A stretch of DNA of 58,620 nucleotides, the filler included, from Barthelona sp. PAP020 (lineage: Eukaryota), in NCBI GenBank assembly GCA_040182905.1. It is 5 parts of 5 records of this genome, joined end to end, with 100 filler letters (N's around TTAATTAATTAA, not from the genome) between each part and the next. Parts side by side here need not be neighbours in the genome. Positions count along the whole stretch, not along the records: positions 46,968 to 58,620 come from JARQWU010000368.1; 4 more parts are not named here. One strand, 5' to 3'. A program made the position numbers and the translations under genes. The notes beneath the pieces were generated by a model, which was given only the letters and a program-made list of their open reading frames with translations, was not told where the DNA came from and did no database searches. Of the stretch, positions 47,067 to 57,724 are shown piece after piece (position 1 is the stretch's first letter; each line of letters begins with the position of its first letter).

Positions 47067-47890
47067 CGTAAAAAATATTTGAAATAAACTTTAAAACCGC
47101 TCTGATATGACAAAGAATATGTGAATATCCATTAACACTACGGGAGATTCTTTCTTCCTTCAGCTAATGTCCTTTTCACATTGATAGAATTTGGACTTCT
47201 ATTTCCTTCAAATACAAATTTTGAAACCTTCATGAGTTTGATATGCTCAGGTGTTAAAGATGTCGCGAAGCCAACAGAAGATATTCTTCAAAGGCTTTAA
47301 GGGAAAAATTCACTTCAAAACAATAATAAATATTTGTAGAACTTTAATTTTTTTGAATTAGTGTGTGGATACTTGAAGCTTCTTTGTTGTGCATTGATTA
47401 TTTCAGAACTTTTCAAAAATAAAAAAATGAAATGAATTCGCTGGTGCAAAGCGAATGGCTCCACAAAGAATCAAATGATTCGCAACTTGAAGGATACATG
47501 TGTTTATGGTAGATTAGGAAGATTTCATGAAGAAACACCACAGAAGAACAACAATGGATTAATGAGTAAGAAGGAAAAATGTTGCACTTCCATTTGGAAC
47601 TAGCCGAAATTCCAACCAAGAACAATAAAGGTCTTTATAAGCATTTATTATTATAGTATTGTGAATGACATGTGGACAATCAATTCATGTTATGAATGTG
47701 GATTTCCACTTGACCTTCTTTTCCCAAAATATCTTTCAAAGTTCTGACCATAAAGCTTGGAACATTCAAATGTGTTGTCCTTGTGTTCAATGTGCTTGGA
47801 TATGTGCAAACACAGTTTATAGACCTTTCTACTCTCTCACTAAAAAACATCCATCATGCAAAAGAATCAAAAAAAAAGCCTTCAATAATT

Positions 47891-48511
47891 TTATTTTCTC
47901 TTGGAAGGAACATGCTTGACTTTTCCTTCCATAATTAGGGTTTCAACTAGCCTTCGAGGTAAATAATGAACGTTTCCAACATTTAATGTAACATCACTCC
48001 CATCTTCAAGCATTATTGTGCCTAAATCTTCCATTACTTCAATTTTAATATGCGGTGTCTTTGGAGGTTGAAAGTAACAAGAAATATCCAAATCAATTTC
48101 GTTTTGATAAGAAGCAAAAGCATCTGCAAATTCTGAAAAATATTTCTCTTCTGAAGTAGAGAGTTTTCGTTTCAAATGTAAAGGCAAAATACCCATTGAA
48201 TGAAACCTGAGATTTTGAAGCCTCTTCATCCTTTCATTCAAATAAGCCAAAATACATCGTTTATTTCTTTCAATCGAATTATACAATATTAATAGTTTTA
48301 AAGCAATAACTTTTCTTTGTTCATCATTATTTTGTGAAGAACTGCTGGATGATGGACTTGAAACAGGTCTTAATTGATACAATTCACTCACTTCTGAAGT
48401 AATATTTTGAATTTCTTGAATGGTTTTTTGAACTTGTGATGTTCTGAAAACTGGTATTCCTGGTGTTGATTTAATATGCTCAACCAATGATACTGCCGTC
48501 GAACCACGCAT
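47891..48511 (-). CDS. GINS1: GINS complex subunit Psf1
   Basis: ERNKRCILAYLNER, LSTSEEKYF, PPKTPHIKIEVMEDLG...VETLIMEGKVKHV. Confidence 0.92.
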   Translation of the reverse strand: MRGSTAVSLVEHIKSTPGIPVFRTSQVQKTIQEIQNITSEVSELYQLRPVSSPSSSSSSQNNDEQRKVIALKLLILYNSIERNKRCILAYLNERMKRLQNLRFHSMGILPLHLKRKLSTSEEKYFSEFADAFASYQNEIDLDISCYFQPPKTPHIKIEVMEDLGTIMLEDGSDVTLNVGNVHYLPRRLVETLIMEGKVKHVPSKRK

Positions 48512-48556
48512 ACATTAGAAAAAAAAGTTCTTCTCCTTACAAAAATATTTTTTTTG

Positions 48557-48976
48557 ATGTTAAAATACGGAATCATTTTATTAACTCTTTTAATCGTTGC
48601 ATTCGCAACCGAAGAGGAGTATACAACACCTGCAGATTATTCATTTGTACCAACATTACCAAACCGTGCAATTTTGTATGGTTTAACTGCTTGCGCACTT
48701 GATGCACATCCTGGATTAAAGGAATTTCAAAAAATTGTTAAAGACTACCCTTTGGTTAAATTAGAAGGTGCCGTTTCTGATCCTAAATTAGTGATCATTG
48801 GACAAACTGAAGATATTCCTGAAGATCATATCTTGGAAATTTTTAAAATTACCAAAACAACTGCCGATTATCAAATTGTTAAGTGGTTGAAGCAGTATAA
48901 TGTTCTTCCTTATTATGAAATGTACAAACCCTTCGATGAAGAAGTTGATGAATCGATGGAAACAGTTGATTTTTAA
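48557..48976 (+). CDS. Secreted/ER thioredoxin-like protein, Sep15/SelM-like (Cys-containing)
   Basis: Signal peptide, then RAILYGLTACALDAHPGLKEF...SDPKLVII...IVKWLK, which parallels Sep15 (AILEVCGUKL..FP.V.AF...GSDPVL...EFL). Confidence 0.6.
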   Translation: MLKYGIILLTLLIVAFATEEEYTTPADYSFVPTLPNRAILYGLTACALDAHPGLKEFQKIVKDYPLVKLEGAVSDPKLVIIGQTEDIPEDHILEIFKITKTTADYQIVKWLKQYNVLPYYEMYKPFDEEVDESMETVDF

Positions 48977-49173
48977 CTTTTAAGTTCTTTATAAATAGTT
49001 TTTAAGCAGATTTATTTCTCTTTCCTTTTTTCTTTGAGTAATTTTTCCCCAAAAAACATGGTCCTTTCTCATTTTCTTCGCAGCATATCGTTTGAGCTTA
49101 TGATTTTGCAAAAGGGTCAAAATCTTTTCATTTTTTAAAAAATAAAGTTTAAAAACAATAATTAATACAATTT

Positions 49174-49648
49174 TTACATTGGCATGTTTAAAATGTTTGC
49201 AATTTGACTACTTAAAGATTTTCTTTCCTCATTTAGGTCATTGAAATTACCATATACATCATCCATATTCATTAAGTTCCCAGTCACATTATTTGGTTGG
49301 GGAATCTGAACTGTTGAAGGAATGTCAAATGACACATTTCTTTTTGGTGTTTGTTGATTATTATTGTTTGTAATGACCATATCAGTGGGATTTTCGTTGT
49401 TCTCTTCAACAGAATTAGGAAAACTGTCTGAATGAAGACTTTTAATTACAATTTGCTTATCCTTAATTGTTAAAACAAGTTTTTGTGTTGGATCTATTTT
49501 TTCAATCGTTAAAGTTAGCCCATTGTTTAATGTTTGATGAATAGATACTGAGCCTGACACATTTCCTTCCAAATTAATTGCATACAATTCATCTTTATTG
49601 TTATTCTTATCGTCTTTTTTGTTGTTTTCTTCATTTTCATCATCATTG

Positions 49649-49680
<32 letters not shown>

Positions 49681-49752
49681 TTCATCATATTGATCATAAC
49701 TATCGTATTGATCATAACTGTCGTATTCACTGTCGTATTCACTGTCAGTCAT
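49174..49752 (-). CDS. Acidic low-complexity protein of unknown function
   Basis: Open frame from ATG 49752, with DSEY/DSYDQY repeats and a poly-E tract. Confidence 0.65.
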
Positions 49753-50337
49753 TTGAAAATGTTGAAATAAATTGTATCGAAATATTTTTTTCAAAAGTAA
49801 AAGGGATATAAACAAATTTTTTATTAAATTATGATTGAAAAAGATGTTGACTTAACTTTTCGAACTCAATTTTGAGAAAATTTAAATAATAAATTGTAAA
49901 AAAGAGTAGACACGCAAGTCAGCTTATAGCTTTCCTGAAATCCATAATTGCAATGAAATAAAATTACGAATAGATAAAAAGCAAAAAAAAAACGAATGAA
50001 ATTCTTTAAATTGAAAATGTTTTTTGAAAGTTTTGTTAATATTAAATAATGAAATAATAATGAACTAATAATGGGATACCAAATATATTTATTTTCAATA
50101 ATTTATGTTATATCAACGATTTTTTTATTGGGATTATCATCAAATATTTTTTAATTTCCATATTATTCAATTTTAGGACCACCAACTTCATCCAATCGTC
50201 CATTAAATGCTGTCCTTCCCAATGGATATTATGATTTACAAACGTCTATTGGTTGTGGGTGTTCTTCTTTTGATTTTTCTGTTTTACATGTAAATCATGC
50301 ATATGTACAAACATTATTCAATCATTCTTGTCCTTAT

Positions 50338-51906
50338 TTGTATAAAGAAGTTGAAAAAATTCCAATATTTATGAAAGATGAATCAATTTTAAAGGTTAAC
50401 GATTTCACCTGTTTTAATGAACAATTTGAAATTTCCAATTTTGTGCCTTTTAATGATTCTGTTGATCATACTGCTAAATATAATGGTCCAAATATGCGAT
50501 ATGTTAATGTTGATATGTTTACTTTGCCTATTGATTTTGAAACAGCTTATCATGATGTATTTCCTGTTCATACATTAATGAATACATCTCTTTTTGCTAT
50601 TCCAAAAGAAGCTGAAAATAGAGGGTGTTTGGATGTTCTTGATTGTTCAGAATTTAATCAGGACATAATGAAAGCCAGTGTAAGTGATTGTTTTCAAGTT
50701 GGCGGTTCAATCAAATGTTTAGATTTAGATTTTTATCATGGTTGTGCTATACCTTTGAAAATTGCCGATCGACAAGCATGTAACATTAATGATGCTAGAT
50801 TTGCATTGGATTTTCATATCGCTGAACATTTGACTGGTGAATGCGCATTTTCAATTCGTCGTCATGTTAAACCATCTGAAAATAGTATGTTAAAACGAAT
50901 TGACATTATATCTCCTTTATTATTTATGTCTGTATTTCCTTTTTGGGTTTTTTTTGGGTTATGGATATTTAGGCAGCTACATTTGACATATTTAGATGGG
51001 TATTATTGTGAGCCACAGTGTACTCTTCAGCCTAATACAAGATATACTCTAAAAGTTGTTTGTACAGGTTTACCACAGTCAAATGCTGTTGGTATGTTGT
51101 CTGTCAAAGGAACACCCATACCTATTGGAGAAGAACGAGATCACTTGTTATTAGATCAAGTTATTGATGTTGACTCGCATACAATCATGAATCGCTCGTT
51201 AATTTGCAATTTTCATAAGTCTGATACCAACGGTGTTGTTCTTATTACTAAAAAATTCCGTTTTAAGACGTCTCGTAATTTAATGTATGAGAATTGTAAA
51301 GTACTTTGTGATTTTGGGGAATCCTATCAAGCCACTGCATCTCCTGTGTTATCTGTTGATGTTGTTATGCGTTCACAAATTCCTTGGGGCATCAAAACAA
51401 GAGGTAATGTTGTGTTTGCTTTAGTTGTTTTGGTTAAACATTTATACAGGGGTTTTGTTCGAGTTTATGAACCCACTATTTTGAAATTGAACACGATGTT
51501 TCAAACCTCAATAGCTTTTGGAACGTTAGTCTTTGGTTTTTTTTATTATCTAGTGTATTTCAATGCTTTTACGATTGATGATGATTTCTTCTGGAGAAAT
51601 TGCAATTTTCAATATGAGGAACCCAAAACCTTTCCTTTGATAATTTACGATTTTTTTCAAGGTTGTTTGTTAGTTTCCTTGTTATTATTGCCAATTGTTT
51701 TGTATAAGAAGAGAAAGATTGAACAAAAGAATATATTAACACAAAAGGGCAAATCAGAAACAAAAACAATGATAAACAGATTTTTAAAAGATGTTTTACC
51801 GAAGGATATTGAAAGGTTGAGCATGAGAATTAGTTCGGTCAGTGATGTAGATATTAAGCGAAAATCAAAGAAATTCGTCAGGTTAGAAATGGTTGATACC
51901 AATTAG
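50338..51906 (+). CDS. Multi-pass membrane protein with Cys-containing luminal regions, unknown function; true start uncertain (frame open back to 50155)
   Basis: 522-aa ORF with several TM-like segments. An in-frame upstream ATG at 50071 is separated from it by TAA at 50152. Confidence 0.7.
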   Translation: MYKEVEKIPIFMKDESILKVNDFTCFNEQFEISNFVPFNDSVDHTAKYNGPNMRYVNVDMFTLPIDFETAYHDVFPVHTLMNTSLFAIPKEAENRGCLDVLDCSEFNQDIMKASVSDCFQVGGSIKCLDLDFYHGCAIPLKIADRQACNINDARFALDFHIAEHLTGECAFSIRRHVKPSENSMLKRIDIISPLLFMSVFPFWVFFGLWIFRQLHLTYLDGYYCEPQCTLQPNTRYTLKVVCTGLPQSNAVGMLSVKGTPIPIGEERDHLLLDQVIDVDSHTIMNRSLICNFHKSDTNGVVLITKKFRFKTSRNLMYENCKVLCDFGESYQATASPVLSVDVVMRSQIPWGIKTRGNVVFALVVLVKHLYRGFVRVYEPTILKLNTMFQTSIAFGTLVFGFFYYLVYFNAFTIDDDFFWRNCNFQYEEPKTFPLIIYDFFQGCLLVSLLLLPIVLYKKRKIEQKNILTQKGKSETKTMINRFLKDVLPKDIERLSMRISSVSDVDIKRKSKKFVRLEMVDTN

Positions 51907-52311
51907 TTTATAGTCTTTTGATATCAAGAGAATTTTTGAAGATTATTCATGAGTTTATAAATTTTAAATTTTTTTTTTTTAACTTGCATATCAAAGATAA
52001 ACTTCAAAAAAATTTCATTATTTCTTGTTGAAATCGATTTTTATTATACCTGTCTGTTGGGTTTTGTGAACAAAAAAAAAATTAATTTCCCTTTTTGCCT
52101 GCATCAAGAACAAAATTTTTTAACTAATGAATTCTTTTAAAATATAACTTAAATTAACAATTATTCATTAATTATGAGACCATGAATATTTTCTTTTGCG
52201 TGAAAAAAAAAAATAAATTCTGTACATTTACGAAAAATCGATAAAAATAATGATAAAAAGCGATAACATTAGAAAATCAGATATTACATATACAAATAGG
52301 ATAAAATGGTT

Positions 52312-53322
52312 TCAAAAGTCTGTAATTTTTTCTTCTTGATATTGCAATTTCTTTGCAATATTTATTATTTCTTGCAAATCAATGAGAATCAAAGAAATAA
52401 ATTCCAATCGCTTTAAAAAGGCTTCCTTTGAATTTAACTCATTTATTTCATCCGTTATGGCTGAATTACTCTTTGTTGCATTATTATCATTTGACAAATT
52501 AAAATTTGTTTGTGTATGTTGCCAAATACTAGGAGTTACAAAGGATAAAAATTTATCGCGTGAAATACTGAAAAGATTCCCACTACTAAACAAAATCCTG
52601 CCACTTTCTCGCAAATTATCTAACATTTTGCTTAATTCTACTTCTAAATTGTTAACATCTTCATGAAACTCAGTTCTAATTGCTTCTACTTCATGTTGTT
52701 TTTTTGAAATTACGTTGTTTTGCATTATGGAGTATCTTTCACCATCATCTTTCAAATTCATCAAGTTAGTTCGATATTGAACAATATTCTTGTCAATTTT
52801 TTTAATAGAATTTGATAATTCTTGATTTGTAACACTAAGCGTATCATATCTTGACGAAATATCTGAAATTTCATTAAACAATCCATCTTCTGTAAAAGTA
52901 CAAACAGATTGTAAAAAATCTACAAAAATTTTCGTGGAATTTACCTTTTTTGCTACTTCTTCCGTTTCATTATCAATTATTTCCAACTTTTCTTTGACTT
53001 TTTCTATGTCTTTTATTGTTTGTAAATCTTTTTCAATATCATTTTTTTCCTTTTTCTTTCGTTGATTTAATTGAACTTTCTTTTCATTCATGCTGTTTAA
53101 AAACATATTTATTTGTAAATTTAACTCATCAGTTTCTTCATTCAATTCATCTTCAGCTTCTTTAAATTCATTTTGTAATTTTAAATAATCAAGTCGTTTT
53201 TCTTCTAGTTCTTCCTCAATTTGAAATAATTCTCTTCTCTTTTCTAATCTTTTGGTTGTCGAACTTGAATTCTCAGCTGCTAATGAAAATAAAATCTCAT
53301 CAGGTATTTTTTCAAAATCCAT
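52312..53322 (-). CDS. CFAP73/CCDC42-family (DUF4200) flagellar coiled-coil protein
   Basis: TKRLEKRRELFQIEEELEEKR and FNEISDISSRYDTL match the family pattern RLLEKRRE / F.EI....RY.TL. Confidence 0.7.
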   Translation of the reverse strand: MDFEKIPDEILFSLAAENSSSTTKRLEKRRELFQIEEELEEKRLDYLKLQNEFKEAEDELNEETDELNLQINMFLNSMNEKKVQLNQRKKKEKNDIEKDLQTIKDIEKVKEKLEIIDNETEEVAKKVNSTKIFVDFLQSVCTFTEDGLFNEISDISSRYDTLSVTNQELSNSIKKIDKNIVQYRTNLMNLKDDGERYSIMQNNVISKKQHEVEAIRTEFHEDVNNLEVELSKMLDNLRESGRILFSSGNLFSISRDKFLSFVTPSIWQHTQTNFNLSNDNNATKSNSAITDEINELNSKEAFLKRLEFISLILIDLQEIINIAKKLQYQEEKITDF

Positions 53323-53479
53323 CTCTTATATTTTTCAATAAATAATTATAAATAATTGATTGTAATACTATAAATAAGAAGAAAGAATTATTTGATATAA
53401 ATAAATCAAAAAAAAAAATGTGAAAACAAATAATTCATTTTTAATATTTGTTATTATAATATTATAATGCTTGATTATC

Positions 53480-54475
53480 ATGACTTCTTTCAATGAATTT
53501 AAAGAATTACCCAAAAATTTATTACGGTATCAACAAGCAAATCAATTTTTAAAATTGGATGATGAATTAAAGATATTTATTGAAAAAAATAGCGTTGTTG
53601 ATACATCTCCTAACTTTTTAAATCAAGAAAAAGATGATATAATAAGTATTTCAGAGCTTTTAAGAAGTTGTCCGGATGAAATTACCATTACGTTATTAAC
53701 TACCATAAAAATATTGTTTCGTAAAGAATTTAATAGACAAAATATTCCACCGTTTGTACCTAGTCTTTTAGTGGCCTTTTTAAATTCTTTAAATCCAGAA
53801 GAAGTTCTTGAAAGTTTAACCACAATAACAAATCTTTGTTATTCATCTGAAAATGTTAATCCGTTTTTAAAGACCAACATAATGAAAATTTTGAAAGATT
53901 TGATTTCGGCAAATGTAAAACCGTCAATACAGCCTTTTATTGTAAAAGTTCAATCTTCCGCTTGTCAAACTTTGCAATCTTTATCGTTTACAAATGAAGG
54001 AAAGTTAAGTGCATTAGCTAATGAGTTAATTCCTTGTCTTATCAAAATTATCAACAAATCATTTGATGAATCTCTTTTAGTACAAAGTTGTTTGGGTGCT
54101 TTACACAATATTTCCATTCATCCCAGCAGTTTGACTATTTTAAAAGATTTTTCTTTTTTAAATCGACTGATTGAGTTATTGGAATCTAACAATGACTGTA
54201 TTCTTAGTCCTATTGTTGGAATTTTTCAAAATTTGGCAACAGAAGAAGGGTTTAGAGATAAGCTGATGGATCTTAATGTTTTACCTGATTTGATGTTACT
54301 TTTACAGAAGTCTCATAGTGTTGACACTTTATCAAGTACAATTGGTGCCATTTTAAACATAATTGGTCCTGAATTTGGAAAAGATTCAAATTCTGTACAA
54401 AATAGAAAAGCTTTTGCAGATATGTTATCTTCTGTAATTTCACTCAATTTGATTGTTGATTCATTGGATAAATAA
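53480..54475 (+). CDS. Armadillo-repeat protein
   Basis: Repeats such as SACQTLQSLS, CLGALHNIS, IVGIFQNLA, TIGAILNI. Confidence 0.85.
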   Translation: MTSFNEFKELPKNLLRYQQANQFLKLDDELKIFIEKNSVVDTSPNFLNQEKDDIISISELLRSCPDEITITLLTTIKILFRKEFNRQNIPPFVPSLLVAFLNSLNPEEVLESLTTITNLCYSSENVNPFLKTNIMKILKDLISANVKPSIQPFIVKVQSSACQTLQSLSFTNEGKLSALANELIPCLIKIINKSFDESLLVQSCLGALHNISIHPSSLTILKDFSFLNRLIELLESNNDCILSPIVGIFQNLATEEGFRDKLMDLNVLPDLMLLLQKSHSVDTLSSTIGAILNIIGPEFGKDSNSVQNRKAFADMLSSVISLNLIVDSLDK

Positions 54476-54878
54476 GGTGATTTTGTTGGTGTTTTCCATT
54501 TATACTTTCTTTTTCCAACTTTTTTTTTGAAAGATATTGTTAAATCATCTTTCTTTTGCAAATTGAGAGCAATAATTCAAGAAATTCTTTTCTTTTACAG
54601 TTCAAACATGTTTAAGTTGTTTTGCCGCGTTTTCCCTTTTCAAAAGGTTGTTTGTAATAAATTGTATGATATTATTTGTTATTTTACCATCAGAGCATAC
54701 TAATATTTCTTTAGACAATTCTCTTGTTCAAAATGAATCAAATGATTCAACTCCAACAAGAAATTTTGTTTATTTGAATTATTCATTTTATAAATGATTT
54801 TTTGTCAGTTAAATAAGAGTTTAAACCCAATATTATTGGGAAGACCACAGAAAAAAAAAAATATCCAAAAGGCGTTTT

Positions 54879-57242
54879 ATGCAAACTACTACTTCGACAG
54901 GGATTTATGGAAGATACATGGATTCTGATGATGTTATAATGTCTAAGATTCGAGGTGAATTGCGAACTCAGATCCATCATTTAAAAACTGAATTATTTGA
55001 ATCGCGTTCAAAGGATAATGAACACACAACTTTTGTTGAAAAGAAGTTATTAGATAAATTGGAAAATGAAAAGAAAGAAAGACGTATATTGGAAGAAAGA
55101 TTGTTGAAATTAGAAACGAATGAGAGAATTGAACCTGAAATTATTTCTTTAGCTAGTTCATTGCAAGAAGTTTCTGATTCTCAAAGAAATTTAGTGAAAT
55201 CTTTGAAAGAACGTGTGTCAAAACTTGAATCTACTATTGAAAATTGTGTTTCTAATGCTAATTACAAAGATTTCATGACCAAATTTGGTGATCGAATTCT
55301 TTTATTGGAACGATCTCAACAAGAACATGTTCAATTAACGAAACTGTTAGAAGAAAAAGCAATTTCTTTAGAGAATAAAATCGATGAAAATCGTCAGTTA
55401 TTTAGGGCTATTAGTGATGGTTTAGAAGGATATTCCAAGGTGATTAATGAGCAAAGGACAGATATTGAAGCCATTAGAGAAAGGATAAATGCCAATAATG
55501 AAAATGATGAAAAAGTTTTTTATGAGCTAAATGAACGCATTGTTGAGAATGAAAAGAAGATATTTGAAAATGATGAGGTCTATCGTAATGGATTTGATAA
55601 GATTCGTGAATTTTTACAGGATCATGCGGAATCAATAAGAAGCAACGATCAACAAAATTTCAAGTTAAAAGCTAAAATTGAAGAATTTATCAACGATCAA
55701 AACGAAAAAAACAAAAATTTTGAAAAGTTTAAAAAGTTCAAAAACTTTGAAAAGGAAACAGGCAAAAATTTTGCCGAGATTGTGGAGAAATTACATGAGG
55801 TGGACGAATCATTTGATAAACATCTTGATATGATGAAAAATATTGAATCTGGAACCATTGAAGTTTTTGGTAAGTTTTCCCATGAATATTCTTCAAAAAT
55901 AAAGACTGTTGCCGAACAACAACAGCAATTACACAACATTTTTGTTGAACATGCTCAATCCAACAAAAAAATTCAATCCGCTAATACTGATCTTACTCAA
56001 TCAATAACAACAGATGTAAATGCATTAAGGGATGAAATTCATCAAATTAAAGATGAAATTAAGATTTTTGAGAGTGAGTTGGTAAACACCCTTGAGATAC
56101 AAGGAGAATCAATGCGAACAATCAAAGCTGAAATGAATAAATCAAGTGAACAACAAACTAATAATGTAGCTTCAGTATTAGACAAGCATAATAATGAGTT
56201 GTTGACTTTGAAAGAAAAATTAAATAATTACGATTCAATTGTAAACAATTATTTTAAAGGACAAAATGATACAAATGAAAAGGTAGCTAGCGTAATTACA
56301 AATACTACTAATTTCACTAAACAAAGTATGGAACAAATTACCAAAGAAATATTGGAAGTTGGAAAAAATCAACAGCTGTTACAGAATTCAATTTTAGATA
56401 TTAAGAACGCTCAAAACATCTCAACAGAATTATCAAAAACAAATAAGAGTGAAATAGATCTCATTCTAAATAAATTTGAAATTATTCCCCAAACTTTTGA
56501 AAAAATACAGGATCAATTTAAAAATAAGTTTGTTAAGCATGATCAACTTTTGGTAAAAATGAATAACAGTTTACAGTCTGCTGGAGAGATTTTGAACAGT
56601 TTGGAAGTGGACATCGACAATCTTAAAACAACGATTACACAGTTGAATGAACAACAAAATGTTTTTGGGCGAGAATTTTCAAAAAATTTAATAAACAATG
56701 AACAGCTATCTTCAACTATCAAGGCATTAGATTTTAATCAAAAAACTTTACACAAGAGCTTAAATTCCTTTGACAATATTGTTAAGAAAGTTAGTGATGA
56801 AAACAATACTTTGATGCAATCCTGTCAATCATTGAAAGAAAAATATGAAAAATTTGACGACAAAAACTCGGAATCAATTTTGAATTTGGTCACTTTGAAT
56901 GAATGTGAAGGATTAGTCTTAGAGGCTACTCAAAAAATTAAAAAACAACAAGATTCGGTCAAACAAGATGTTATTGAATTAAAAAAGAAAGTGGATGCAT
57001 TGGAAACAACTTCACATGGTTTTGAAAAAAAATTAAAAAAAGAAATAAAAAATATTGATCAAAAAGCTTCAAAGAGTTATGATGATTTAAATCTTTTATT
57101 AGGCAGTTATCATAGAGTACAAGAAGACAATGATCGACTTTCTCAATCAATGATACGCTTATCCAATTCGGTTATTGATGCTGAAAAGGATTTGCTTAGT
57201 AATGAAGATGATATCTCTTTATTCATGTCTAGATTGAGATAA
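54879..57242 (+). CDS. Long coiled-coil protein, unknown function (5' end uncertain)
   Basis: 787-aa E/K/Q/N-rich ORF with heptad pattern. Confidence 0.8.
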   Translation: MQTTTSTGIYGRYMDSDDVIMSKIRGELRTQIHHLKTELFESRSKDNEHTTFVEKKLLDKLENEKKERRILEERLLKLETNERIEPEIISLASSLQEVSDSQRNLVKSLKERVSKLESTIENCVSNANYKDFMTKFGDRILLLERSQQEHVQLTKLLEEKAISLENKIDENRQLFRAISDGLEGYSKVINEQRTDIEAIRERINANNENDEKVFYELNERIVENEKKIFENDEVYRNGFDKIREFLQDHAESIRSNDQQNFKLKAKIEEFINDQNEKNKNFEKFKKFKNFEKETGKNFAEIVEKLHEVDESFDKHLDMMKNIESGTIEVFGKFSHEYSSKIKTVAEQQQQLHNIFVEHAQSNKKIQSANTDLTQSITTDVNALRDEIHQIKDEIKIFESELVNTLEIQGESMRTIKAEMNKSSEQQTNNVASVLDKHNNELLTLKEKLNNYDSIVNNYFKGQNDTNEKVASVITNTTNFTKQSMEQITKEILEVGKNQQLLQNSILDIKNAQNISTELSKTNKSEIDLILNKFEIIPQTFEKIQDQFKNKFVKHDQLLVKMNNSLQSAGEILNSLEVDIDNLKTTITQLNEQQNVFGREFSKNLINNEQLSSTIKALDFNQKTLHKSLNSFDNIVKKVSDENNTLMQSCQSLKEKYEKFDDKNSESILNLVTLNECEGLVLEATQKIKKQQDSVKQDVIELKKKVDALETTSHGFEKKLKKEIKNIDQKASKSYDDLNLLLGSYHRVQEDNDRLSQSMIRLSNSVIDAEKDLLSNEDDISLFMSRLR

Positions 57243-57360
57243 AAATGTAAAATAATTATTCTGTGTGTTTATTTTTTTTAAAAAAATTTTGCCTGCCTCA
57301 CAAAAATAATTTTTTCTTTGTTGAAAAATAATTTACAGTGAAAGGAAAAACTATTGGTCC

Positions 57361-57610
57361 AGTTGTGAAACAACTATATTTATTTACAAAGAAAGTAAAC
57401 TCAGAAAACTCATTCTAGCAAATTTCAGTCAAAATCCCAGGAGGGGAATTGAGGGACTGACATGTAATTTGAACGATCAAGTAGGAGAATTTCGGAGAAA
57501 TTCTTCATTCCTATCTTTTTGTATTTTTGCAAAAGCAAAATTTTAAAGTTTGAACTTTACCTTAGAAAATCTAAAGTTTTTCAACAGATCAATCGGGCCT
57601 CGAAAGCCTT
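57361..57610. ncRNA. Candidate structured RNA or hairpin cluster, class unknown
   Basis: Series of inverted repeats: AGTTG/CAACT, TTTAC/GTAAA, TCAGTC/GACTGA, GGAGAATTTC/GAAATTCTTC, TTTTGC/GCAAAA, AAAGTT/AACTTT, TTAGA/TCTAA. Confidence 0.3.
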
Positions 57611-57724
57611 TAACCAAATAAACACTATTCTTTCTTATTCACTCATACGCACAGTGCTTCTTGGCTTGGAAATAAATATCTAAATAAAAAAAATTGCTTG
57701 TTTCAATTTAAAGAATAAAAAAGA

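Noticed and set aside
47067..47880. Gene-free, moderately GC-rich region after repeat copy 2, with short ORFs
   Set aside because: No recognisable domain. It may be degraded mobile DNA, but that is unsupported.
54608..54878. Possible upstream exons/introns for the coiled-coil gene (ACTAAT...TTTAG ending 54714; GT...CAG 54768-54808)
   Set aside because: I found no splice combination giving a stop-free in-frame join to 54879. A homopolymer error at the A-run 54851-61 is possible; RNA data are needed.
57421..57600. U2, U3, RNase P/MRP, SRP or hammerhead identity for the hairpin region
   Set aside because: Only short partial resemblances (GATCAAGT, TGATCGTTC, AAAATCCC). The required partner motifs (GTGTAGTA, box C, P4 pairing, CTGANGA) are absent.
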